From positions 1 through 40,310 of IMG/VR virus record IMGVR_UViG_3300045988_159991: a stretch of 40,310 nucleotides of DNA. One strand, written 5' to 3'. Below, piece after piece: positions 14,964 through 22,234 of this stretch; the stretch's first letter is position 1; each line of letters begins with the position of its first letter. Made by a program: the position numbers and the translations under genes. The notes beneath the pieces are model-generated. The model worked only from the letters and a program-made list of their open reading frames with translations. It did not search any database and was not told the origin of the DNA. The stretch comes from a virus.

Positions 14964-15557
14964 ATGATGAAGAGCGATAATATAACTGTATATAGATTAA
15001 AGGAAGATTGGGAGCCGTTTGATAAGGGAGCTGAGTTCATCGATAACAACGACGGTGCGTATGCGCTGAAAATAAATGCTGACGTGACGGCTAAAATACC
15101 AGCGGACCTCTTGGAGTTTGCTTATCAGAAGAGGTGGAGGCCGAAGCGTGGCGAGGAGTACTACTACATACATAACTACGGAAATATCGATACTACCTCA
15201 TTTTGCCCTGCTCATAAAGGTGATGAGAGCAAAGTTGCTATGGGCAATTGTTTTAAGACAAAGGAAGAAGCCAAAGATATGCGCAGTTGGCTCAAAGCCC
15301 GTCAGAGGCTAATTGATAGCGGGGCTGAGTTCATGAACTCAGTCGGTGTAGGTGAAGACGCTGTCTACTATGGTGTTGCGTTTGATAAGACTAATGGCGA
15401 ACTACATACGGTGGAGTGTCATAACGTTGGAGATGACGTCTTTGACAAAAGGTTATATTTTCTCAGTGAATATACTGCCGAGAAAAGCATCAGATACTAT
15501 CGAAGCGACTGGCTGACGTATTTAGGCGTGAAGAAGGATGGCGATGACCAAGACTAA
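14964..15557 (+). CDS. Hypothetical protein B1 (197 aa), paralogue of 17163..17762
   Basis: Shared KRWRxxRGxxYY, GNxFKTxEEAKxxR and RxxWLTxLGVKxxGD blocks. Confidence 0.85.
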   Translation: MMKSDNITVYRLKEDWEPFDKGAEFIDNNDGAYALKINADVTAKIPADLLEFAYQKRWRPKRGEEYYYIHNYGNIDTTSFCPAHKGDESKVAMGNCFKTKEEAKDMRSWLKARQRLIDSGAEFMNSVGVGEDAVYYGVAFDKTNGELHTVECHNVGDDVFDKRLYFLSEYTAEKSIRYYRSDWLTYLGVKKDGDDQD

Positions 15558-15732
15558 AAGACAATTTGACCTCATGGAGTTTATGGGCAATGCCTGTATG
15601 GCGACACTTGCGCTGGCACTCATTTACGGGTTAGTTGCCCATGCCTTCTTCATAACTGATGATGCGTTAAGAGAGAGGCAAAAGAAGATAGACGGTTGTT
15701 GCGCCCAGTGTAAGGAGGACAACAATGAGTGA
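15538..15732 (+). CDS. Small membrane protein C1 (64 aa, or 62 aa from the ATG at 15544) with a C-terminal DALRERQKKIDGCCAQCK module
   Basis: TM helix ACMATLALALIYGLVAHAFFI. The C-terminal module is repeated in 16393..16548. Confidence 0.7.
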   Translation: MAMTKTKRQFDLMEFMGNACMATLALALIYGLVAHAFFITDDALRERQKKIDGCCAQCKEDNNE

Positions 15733-16048
15733 AGAAATTACCAGAACAGCAACGATAACGGTAAACTTAAGTCAATTTACTAAGGCGGTCATGACTGTCT
15801 GCGCGATGGTCGAGGCGGCTATCGAGCAGTATGACGATGCGTCGACTGGTTTTAACGAGGGGATACTTGTGCTAGGCAATGAAATGAAGACTCATGCCGA
15901 CTATATCTACAACGCAGCAATCGAGTCTAGTAAGACCATTCAACTTACGACTAAGATTAGTATCAAGTCTGAGATTGACAAGCTAGACAGCCTCATAGAT
16001 GCGTTTGAGCAGGTTCAGAAGAAGCAGTCGAGTGATGATAATTCATAA
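15725..16048 (+). CDS. Hypothetical helical protein A2 (107 aa), paralogue of 14641..14952
   Basis: SD AAGGAGG. High similarity to A1 at both protein and DNA level. Confidence 0.85.
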   Translation: MSEEITRTATITVNLSQFTKAVMTVCAMVEAAIEQYDDASTGFNEGILVLGNEMKTHADYIYNAAIESSKTIQLTTKISIKSEIDKLDSLIDAFEQVQKKQSSDDNS

Positions 16049-16403
16049 CCTTGGTGCTGAGACTACGTATATTGAGCACTTGCGAACGACGTGGCTCATC
16101 CGGACAGACATAGACGTTGTTGAGTATTCTGACGTCTCAGCTATTCGTTACATCGATGATAGTAGCGACCATCGATATGGCACGTTTGTCTACCGGGTAG
16201 GAGGCGGGGCTTGGCGTATCGCTCGGATTGAGCGTGGATCGAGCAATAAAGAACTTGTTGTAACTCAGAAGAGCGATAAGGTCTATGCCCTACACGAAGT
16301 AATTCCCGCCTTAGCTAGAGGTGGCTATCACGGGGCTAAACAGATAGCTAGTTATATGATGAAGCATTACGGTTTAGAAAAGGAGATAAGCGATGAAGAT
16401 TGA
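16035..16403 (+). CDS. Hypothetical protein (about 122 aa)
   Basis: The ORF-track start at 15999 overlaps A2 by 50 nt, so I use the ATG at 16035 (GTGATG). The SD is weak. Confidence 0.65.
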   Translation: MIIHNLGAETTYIEHLRTTWLIRTDIDVVEYSDVSAIRYIDDSSDHRYGTFVYRVGGGAWRIARIERGSSNKELVVTQKSDKVYALHEVIPALARGGYHGAKQIASYMMKHYGLEKEISDED

Positions 16404-16548
16404 CAACAATGTGCCTCATTTTATCTGTGATGGTGCGTCGGTGACCCGTCTCGGCGATGCTCTAAGAGAGAGGCAAAAGAAGATAGACGGTTGTTGCGCT
16501 CAGTGTAAAGATTTAAGTAATAAGAAAGGAGTAAACAATGAAAAGTAA
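16393..16548 (+). CDS. Small protein C2 (51 aa), absent from the ORF track, shares the CCAQC module with C1
   Basis: Translated by hand: MKIDNNVPHFICDGASVTRLGDALRERQKKIDGCCAQCKDLSNKKGVNNEK. SD AAGGAG at 7 nt. Confidence 0.65.
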   Translation: MKIDNNVPHFICDGASVTRLGDALRERQKKIDGCCAQCKDLSNKKGVNNEK

Positions 16549-16798
16549 TAAGTGTGCGACTAGCACTGAGGTAAATATTGCGTTTACAACAATTTTGGCG
16601 TGTTTAGTGGTATTGCTAGGTGCTATATCAGCACTCTTCGTCCGTGGCGTCATTCATAGCGCCACCCTACCCGATGAAGACCAAGCCCAGTGTGAAAGCT
16701 TGGGCGGGCGGTGGTCGGTCAATCACCAGTGCTATAACGCAGGTGAACCGACGACGATTAAGAAGCTGAAAGATAGCCTGAGGAGTGTCAAAGAGTAA
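16538..16798 (+). CDS. Signal-anchored small protein (86 aa) with an extracytoplasmic Cys pair
   Basis: SD AAAGGAG. TM helix FTTILACLVVLLGAISALFV, then CESLGGRWSVNHQC. Confidence 0.8.
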   Translation: MKSNKCATSTEVNIAFTTILACLVVLLGAISALFVRGVIHSATLPDEDQAQCESLGGRWSVNHQCYNAGEPTTIKKLKDSLRSVKE

Positions 16799-16887
16799 AA
16801 AACAAGGCGTGCCTAAGAAAGGAAGACACGCCATGAATTGCATCTACAGCATGGTAGAGCAACATCGTTATTGTATACGAAAGGGGA

Positions 16888-17148
16888 ATGATGGACAAGG
16901 ACAAGGATAAAGATGTCTATGCGGGCATAATGCGAGTCTATAACATGGACAAAGACTACTGATACACGACGCTACATGCGCTTAAAAACTCCATTACTGC
17001 TGGCGAGAAGGCACAGGCAGAAGAGAGGCTTGACTGGCTGACCAAGTGCCTTGATGACCTAACTAAAACTGCAGACATAGTAGCAGAGTTGCTTAAGGAG
17101 GCACTGGAGCTCGCGGATAAGCATTCTGACAAGAAAGAGAACGATTAG
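16888..17148 (+). pseudogene. 86-codon reading frame interrupted by an in-frame TGA at 16960-16962 (nonsense allele or programmed readthrough)
   Basis: MMDKDKDKDVYAGIMRVYNMDKDY-TGA-YTTLHALKNSITAGEKAQAEERLDWLTKCLDDLTKTADIVAELLKEALELADKHSDKKEND. The 61 sense codons after the TGA look protein-like (helical), but the only in-frame ATG/GTG/TTG is a TTG far downstream (about 20 codons before the stop), so nothing can initiate the segment. Confidence 0.55.
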
Positions 17149-17162
17149 AAAGGAGCAATATC

Positions 17163-17762
17163 ATGGCAAAGTATAGGTTGCTAAAGAATTGGCTTGGCGT
17201 CAAAGCCGGCACTATCTGCGAGACTAACGAGGATGGGTTTGCGGAACTAAAAGCTGACGATGGGTGTATTGTTGCGACCCTCAGTACTAAAGCCGATTGG
17301 TTTGGCGAGTATTTTGAGGAAGTAGGCGATGAATACAAGCGTTGGCGAGCCGACAGGGGCGGTGACTACTATTGCGTCGATAGTGATGGCTCACTGGCAA
17401 CGTATGGGGAATATAACGACAATACTGATAATAGCCTCTATAAAATAGGTAACTATTTTAAGACCGGAGAAGAAGCAAAGCGATGGCGAAACTACATGGT
17501 TGCCTTGCAGACTATCAAGGATGACGCCAAGGGTTTTGCGCCCGACTGGAGTGATAGAGGCGAGTGTAAACATTTTGTCGTGCACGACCACTGTAGCAGT
17601 GCTCTTACTACGGACTATACTAGCACGCTGAACTTCGGCGTTCCCGCCTGCTTTGCCACCGAAGACGACGCTAGAGCGTCTATTGAGAAGCATCGCAAAG
17701 AGTGGCTCACCGTGCTAGGCGTAAAGGGGGGGGGTGACAGCGATGATATGTGTAAGAAATGA
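17163..17762 (+). CDS. Hypothetical protein B2 (199 aa), paralogue of 14964..15557
   Basis: SD AAAGGAG. It has the shared blocks listed for B1. Its C-terminus is encoded partly by a G9 run. Confidence 0.85.
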   Translation: MAKYRLLKNWLGVKAGTICETNEDGFAELKADDGCIVATLSTKADWFGEYFEEVGDEYKRWRADRGGDYYCVDSDGSLATYGEYNDNTDNSLYKIGNYFKTGEEAKRWRNYMVALQTIKDDAKGFAPDWSDRGECKHFVVHDHCSSALTTDYTSTLNFGVPACFATEDDARASIEKHRKEWLTVLGVKGGGDSDDMCKK

Positions 17763-18783
17763 AGTTCCGAAAAAAGCAACCTTGGACGACTATGTCAAAA
17801 GAAACCTAGTCAAATGCCGTCGTGATGATGAGCGTGGCTTGAACGTTTACGTTTACACTGTTCACACCCAGATAAACCGCTTTTGGAATTACGCAACCTT
17901 AGCCGCTAGAGGAATTGTCTACGACGATAAAGGCAGACTTATTCAGCGTTGTTTGCCAAAGTTCTTTAACTATAACGAGCCCGACGGAATTGCCATGGCA
18001 GAACATTATAAAATTGTCCGCCCGACAATTCAGGAGAAACTAGACGGCTCACTGATAAAAGTGACCAACGACCAAGAGTATGGGCTAGTTGTTACCTCAA
18101 AAGGTAGCTTTGACAGTGAGCAGGTCAAGATGGCAAATAAGCTTTTGGAAGACAAGCGTAGACTATGGCAGTTCGAGCCTGGACTAACTTATCACTTTGA
18201 GCTTGTGTCACCTAAGAACAAGATAGTAGTTCCTTACAGGGACACCGAGCTTGTTCTGTTTTGTGTCATAAAAAACGACAGTGGCGTCGAATTAGACCTA
18301 AACGACCGACGGTTCATCAAGTTTACCAAGCCACTCACTTATGATGTTAGGGTTCTTGATGACGTCAACAGCCTCAATGCTCACGGCTTACATGAAGGCG
18401 TGGTAGCCAACTTTACTTATTATCGGTTGAAGTTCAAGACCGACGAGTACCTGAGATTGCACCGCCTCGTGACCGACTTGACGCCAAAAAGGGTTTGGGA
18501 AGCGTTGTCCATCGGGCAAGAGATAGACCGTCTTTGTGTGCCTGAAGAGTTTATCAACTGGCTGGATAGGACAGAGGAGCAGCTAAAGGGGAAATATCAC
18601 GATTTATCATCTGATGTCGCCATGGCTATCCTCTATTGTAGGGATATGACTAACAAGGAGGTAGCTACCTGCCCGAACCCATTTATTAGAAACCATAAGA
18701 GTTACGTTTTAGCTTATCGTTCAGGCAAAGACGTACCACAGATGATGTGGCAAGCTATTAAACCGAAAGGAGGAGTGAAATGA
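17743..18783 (+). CDS. rnlA: T4 Rnl1-type RNA ligase
   Basis: ARGIVYD, PKFFNYNE, IQEKLDGSLIKV (KxDGSL adenylylation motif), SKGSFDSEQVKMAN and HFELVSPKNKIVVPY parallel T4 Rnl1 (recalled from memory: CRGIMFE, EKFFNLNE, TKEDGSLV, SKGSIKSEQ, NFEFVAPTNRIVLAY). I use the ATG at 17743 after the G-rich SD. Confidence 0.85.
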   Translation: MICVRNEVPKKATLDDYVKRNLVKCRRDDERGLNVYVYTVHTQINRFWNYATLAARGIVYDDKGRLIQRCLPKFFNYNEPDGIAMAEHYKIVRPTIQEKLDGSLIKVTNDQEYGLVVTSKGSFDSEQVKMANKLLEDKRRLWQFEPGLTYHFELVSPKNKIVVPYRDTELVLFCVIKNDSGVELDLNDRRFIKFTKPLTYDVRVLDDVNSLNAHGLHEGVVANFTYYRLKFKTDEYLRLHRLVTDLTPKRVWEALSIGQEIDRLCVPEEFINWLDRTEEQLKGKYHDLSSDVAMAILYCRDMTNKEVATCPNPFIRNHKSYVLAYRSGKDVPQMMWQAIKPKGGVK

Positions 18784-19622
18784 AACTCTTACTACTAAAA
18801 GGCTTACCCGCCTCTGGTAAAACCACCTTTGCCAAGGAGCTTGTCAGAAATGACGGAAATTGGATACGGGTGAATAAAGATGATTTGCGCAACATGCTAA
18901 ATGGTGGTAAGTGGTCATCTGGGCGAGAAAGGAAAATAATTGTGTGTGAGCGAACGCTTGTCGAATTATCGCTAGACCAGAAAAAGAACGTAGTGGTGGA
19001 TGATACTAATCTGAACCCAACTCACGAGCGATATTTTAAGGGGTTAGCTGAAAGCCACAACGCCGACTTTGAGATAAAGGAGTTTGATACACCGCTAGAG
19101 GAATGTATTAAGCGTGACAATGCCCGCCCCAACGGCGTCGGTGAGACGGTGATACGGAGAATGTACAATCAGTATCTTAAGCCCGCACCTGCTAAATATA
19201 CGCCAGACCCCATGTTGCAGCCCGCTATCGTTTGCGATATCGATGGCACACTGGCGCACATGCACGACAGGTCGCCGTACGACTGGAGTAAGGTAGGCAA
19301 TGACATGGTAGATATACCCATTGCTTGGCTCACCAGCATCTTGTTTAGAAGCGTCAGCGTAATTCTGGTATCAGGCAGAGATGAGAGCTGTCACAAGGAA
19401 ACTCAAGATTGGCTAGCCAAGAACGGTATCTGTTACACCAAGTTGATTATGCGAAAGGAGGGAGATAATCGACCAGATGAGGTAGTCAAAGAGGAGATAT
19501 TTAACGAGAATATCAGAGGAAGCTATAACGTCAGATTTGTCTTGGATGACCGAAATAAGGTGGTCGACATGTGGCGTCAATTAGGATTAAAATGCTTACA
19601 AGTAGCGGAAGGAGATTTTTAA
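18780..19622 (+). CDS. pseT: Polynucleotide 5'-kinase / 3'-phosphatase (T4 Pnkp type)
   Basis: P-loop GLPASGKTT. DDTNLNP. HAD phosphatase motif VCDIDGTLA. VSGR. DEVVKEEIF. C-terminal LQVAEGDF matches T4 WQVASGDF (recalled from memory). ATGA overlap with the ligase gene. Confidence 0.9.
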   Translation: MKLLLLKGLPASGKTTFAKELVRNDGNWIRVNKDDLRNMLNGGKWSSGRERKIIVCERTLVELSLDQKKNVVVDDTNLNPTHERYFKGLAESHNADFEIKEFDTPLEECIKRDNARPNGVGETVIRRMYNQYLKPAPAKYTPDPMLQPAIVCDIDGTLAHMHDRSPYDWSKVGNDMVDIPIAWLTSILFRSVSVILVSGRDESCHKETQDWLAKNGICYTKLIMRKEGDNRPDEVVKEEIFNENIRGSYNVRFVLDDRNKVVDMWRQLGLKCLQVAEGDF

Positions 19623-19623
19623 G

Positions 19624-19869
19624 ATGTGTGACGAGCTTGCGCACAAAATACGTCTCAGCCTAAACGAGGAGGTGGACTTTCTACATACATGCGCAGACAC
19701 CATAGAAGATATAGTCAAAGAGTCAGGAGATTGTATCGATGTGGCAAGGCTATATCGAACTATCGACATATTGAAACAGTCAATCGACAGAGTGCGCCAT
19801 GACGTTGATGACCTAAACCGATATCACAAGGAGTTAGAGAAGAATGCCGAACCTAAACGAACAAGCTAA
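19624..19869 (+). CDS. Hypothetical protein (81 aa)
   Basis: ORF with SD GAAGGAG. Confidence 0.8.
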   Translation: MCDELAHKIRLSLNEEVDFLHTCADTIEDIVKESGDCIDVARLYRTIDILKQSIDRVRHDVDDLNRYHKELEKNAEPKRTS

Positions 19870-20188
19870 GAACCTAATGGGTGAGGTGCTCATTTGGCTA
19901 GATAACGCCAGGATGCTCAAGATATACGCTAGAATGGCTCACGTTATCATTGATGCGGAATTAGACCCTATAGATTTAGACAATGCTGGTGGAGCATATT
20001 TAGACATATCCGATGAGGTATATAAGTCATTTGCCGTCGGTCACACCAAGACGATAAATAAGCTAGGCGACGTACTCGTTAGGATAATGCTGAGGACTGG
20101 CGTGTACGGCAGGATTATGGATAAGCCAAGCGAGTATTTAGAAGTAATGAGTAAATGTGTCAAGATAAATGAGGAGAGGAAGAAATGA
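19844..20188 (+). CDS. Hypothetical protein (114 aa)
   Basis: ORF overlapping the upstream gene by 26 nt. Confidence 0.75.
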   Translation: MPNLNEQAKNLMGEVLIWLDNARMLKIYARMAHVIIDAELDPIDLDNAGGAYLDISDEVYKSFAVGHTKTINKLGDVLVRIMLRTGVYGRIMDKPSEYLEVMSKCVKINEERKK

Positions 20189-20586
20189 ACAATGTCTATC
20201 CAGACATAACACTTAGTAAAGGGTGTGTACTACTAAGTCAGGCCGATAAATTGTTTAGCACCGTAACACCCATGCCCGATACACTCAGTAGAGGCTATGG
20301 TATCGTTGTCAAGTCAAACAATAGAAGAATAAACAAGCTGTTGCGCAAGGCTACATCCCCTAAGAAAGAAATTAGTATCGTAGTTTTCTTTACTCAGTAT
20401 AGCAGTAGTAACAATATTTGGTATAGAAACAATCCATGCGTCATTGTTCCTAGCAATGGGATTTTAGGAGTGATGGAGTTATCCGATAGCCACGTAAAAC
20501 AATATATCGATGACAGAAAACGTGAAGAGCGTGAGCTACTCGACGAGTTGGAGTCGTCGCAGAGGGGGCAAAGGATTTACCGATGA
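20185..20586 (+). CDS. Hypothetical protein (133 aa)
   Basis: ORF with SD GAGGAGAGG and an ATGA overlap. Confidence 0.8.
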   Translation: MNNVYPDITLSKGCVLLSQADKLFSTVTPMPDTLSRGYGIVVKSNNRRINKLLRKATSPKKEISIVVFFTQYSSSNNIWYRNNPCVIVPSNGILGVMELSDSHVKQYIDDRKREERELLDELESSQRGQRIYR

Positions 20587-20795
20587 TACAGAAATGGTAC
20601 TGCTTAGTATGTGACCACTGTGGCGATGTGATGAACTACTGGGAGCGTTCATCAGTAAAAGAAGCATTAGCTGCTGAGCGTGAATTCGTCAGTGGTAGCG
20701 TTATATTCTCGAACGGTAAGACGTTTTGTAATAGAGAGTGCTACAAAAACTATCTGGCTAAACACCGCCGTAGTCAAGATGAGACGGATAAATAA
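20583..20795 (+). CDS. Small zinc-finger protein (70 aa), CxxC...CxxxC
   Basis: CLVCDHC ... CNRECY. Basic C-terminus. It lies near the end of the early/middle operon. Confidence 0.75.
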   Translation: MIQKWYCLVCDHCGDVMNYWERSSVKEALAAEREFVSGSVIFSNGKTFCNRECYKNYLAKHRRSQDETDK

Positions 20796-20811
20796 CGGAT
20801 AACTTTACGTG

Positions 20812-21228
20812 ATGACCGAAGCTGATTTACAAGTGCAAGTAGCTTATTACCTCAGGTTGCAATACCCCGACGTCATTTTTCACTCTGATTATGGCTCAGG
20901 GGTTAGGCTAACCAGATATCAGGCTAATGTGCAACGTAAACAGAACGGTGGACGTCGAGCCTACCCAGATATGTTCATCGCCAAAATGATGAACGGTAAG
21001 GGTGGGCTATTCATTGAACTGAAAAAGGAGGGTACTAAATTAAAGAAGAAAGATGGCACTTGGCTTACCTCTCATCTAGCTGAACAAGCGGAGATGCTGG
21101 AGAAGCTAAGGAGCGAGGGTTATGAAGCCACTTTTGCTGTAGGCTTTGACGAGGCTAAAGAGATAATCGATAATTATCTAGGTAAGAGAATGACTAACAA
21201 GGAGCGGGTAGATAAGGAGGGCTTTTGA
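20812..21228 (+). CDS. VRR-NUC family PD-(D/E)XK nuclease
   Basis: EADLQVQVAYYL ... YPDMFI ... GGLFIELKKEG ... EQAEMLEKLRSEGYEATFAVGFDEA fits the VRR-NUC pattern. Confidence 0.75.
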   Translation: MTEADLQVQVAYYLRLQYPDVIFHSDYGSGVRLTRYQANVQRKQNGGRRAYPDMFIAKMMNGKGGLFIELKKEGTKLKKKDGTWLTSHLAEQAEMLEKLRSEGYEATFAVGFDEAKEIIDNYLGKRMTNKERVDKEGF

Positions 21229-21229
21229 T

Positions 21230-21493
21230 GTGAGCAGAAAATACACCACACATAAAAGTAAGTTATCTAAAATTGAAGGAGGGTATAAGACTAGAGATAA
21301 GAATATAGCCAAGTATGGCGCAGACTACTACAAGAGGATTGGTTCAAAAGGCGGTAAAAACAGTACTATGCGCTGGTTTAGAGATGTGCCTGGAAGTGCC
21401 AGACGAGCCAGATTGGCTAGACAACGTCGACGACTAGGGCGCATAAAGGGCTGGAAATATGATTTGGCTGATTTATTGGGGTTAAGGTCATGA
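21230..21493 (+). CDS. KGG-motif basic protein (87 aa)
   Basis: GTG start with AAGGAGGG 8 nt upstream. YGADYYKRIGSKGGKNS parallels YGNDYYSRIGKVGGQNG of 12473..13048. Confidence 0.7.
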   Translation: MSRKYTTHKSKLSKIEGGYKTRDKNIAKYGADYYKRIGSKGGKNSTMRWFRDVPGSARRARLARQRRRLGRIKGWKYDLADLLGLRS

Positions 21494-21579
21494 AGAAAGA
21501 TTTATGGGACAGCATAGCTAACGTTATATTGATTGTCGGTTGGGTGATAATAACGATATTGATGATTGTCACCCGTTGA
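21490..21579 (+). CDS. Possible 29-aa membrane peptide
   Basis: ATGA overlap with the previous stop. MKKDLWDSIANVILIVGWVIITILMIVTR. Below the ORF-track cutoff. Confidence 0.4.
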   Translation: MKKDLWDSIANVILIVGWVIITILMIVTR

Positions 21580-21653
21580 CGTGATATGTAAGTATGGTAG
21601 ACTAGCTACATACAATCGTGAATGCATCAGCCGGCAGTAGTCACGGTTGGAAG

Positions 21654-21698
21654 CCCACATCAAAAGGTCTTGTGCCTGAGGTGTGGGTTTTTTGTTTT
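21654..21698 (+). terminator. Intrinsic terminator ending the early/middle operon
   Basis: Stem cccacatc / ggtgtggg (with inner agg/cct) followed by ttttttgtttt. Confidence 0.75.
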
Positions 21699-21704
21699 AC
21701 CACC

Positions 21705-21740
21705 CATCATTGTAATAACATCATCAGGTTGACGTCATGA
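21705..21740 (+). promoter_or_regulatory. 36-bp conserved late-operon element (copy 2)
   Basis: catcattgtaataacatcatcaggttgacgtcatga is the exact reverse complement of 4010-4045. It is followed by TATAAT (21743-21748), N6, then the ATG at 21755. Confidence 0.7.
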
Positions 21741-21754
21741 GGTATAATTAGTCT

Positions 21755-22234
21755 ATGAGCAAAAGGACAGACGGCAAGAGTGGTTTTGCAATCGGCGTCG
21801 GAAAACGCATGAATGGCACTTGGAAGAAAGAGCGAACGCCACGTGGACGATTAGAGATATTATTAAATGACGTTAGCTATGAGCAGTTGAAAGACTTGTT
21901 CAGACGATTAGACAATGACGAGTTTGACGGCACAGCTAGAGTTGGTGACGTTTTAGATATTGCCGTTTTGAAAGAGATTTTCGTCAGAAATGCGCCTGGC
22001 GAAAAGATAAAAGTCTCTAGCGACAAATTGTTAAAACTTTACGATTTTATTTATGGCAAGAAGTCTGAAAACAGTCTAAACGGCAAAATTGACGTCGATA
22101 TTGACGCCAAAATGACTAGCGTCAGAGGCTTTATATTGCCAGTATCAGGTCAAGACTTTATCGATGAAAAAGGGCGACAGATTGAGCAAGGTGACGTCAA
22201 GCCGTCTGAAGACGCTGGGAAACGACAAAGCTAA
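21755..22234 (+). CDS. Putative small terminase subunit (159 aa)
   Basis: The call is by position only, immediately upstream of and overlapping terL. Basic N-terminus. No SD (leaderless candidate). Confidence 0.5.
   Translation: MSKRTDGKSGFAIGVGKRMNGTWKKERTPRGRLEILLNDVSYEQLKDLFRRLDNDEFDGTARVGDVLDIAVLKEIFVRNAPGEKIKVSSDKLLKLYDFIYGKKSENSLNGKIDVDIDAKMTSVRGFILPVSGQDFIDEKGRQIEQGDVKPSEDAGKRQS

Noticed and set aside
16808-16834. The hairpin ggcgtg...cacgcc after the 86-aa membrane-protein gene, considered as a terminator.
   Set aside because: It has only 6 solid base pairs, a large purine-rich loop and no T-tract. It is probably incidental, or at most a weak RNA structure.
16960-16962. Genome-wide stop-codon reassignment (TGA as a sense codon) as the explanation for the in-frame TGA.
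   Set aside because: Many well-supported genes terminate at TGA, often in ATGA or GTGA coupling overlaps (for example at 10251, 14156, 16403, 18783, 21228 and 21493). Standard-code ORFs tile almost the entire genome.
21580-21653. The structured-looking intergenic stretch before the terminator, checked for a tRNA. I also scanned the whole window for GTTCGAATC-type T-loops.
   Set aside because: No cloverleaf or T-loop consensus was seen by eye. Only a short imperfect hairpin (about 21592-21616) is present. A tRNAscan-SE run would be needed to confirm that there are no tRNAs.
21729-22200. An apparent enrichment of TGACG/CGTCA words, including the TGACGTCA palindromes at 21730 and 22192, in and before the terS candidate. 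I considered this as a pac site.
   Set aside because: TGACG is frequent throughout this genome because of GAC-GTx codon pairs, so the local excess is only about 2-3 fold by eye. That is not enough to call a pac site without terminus data.
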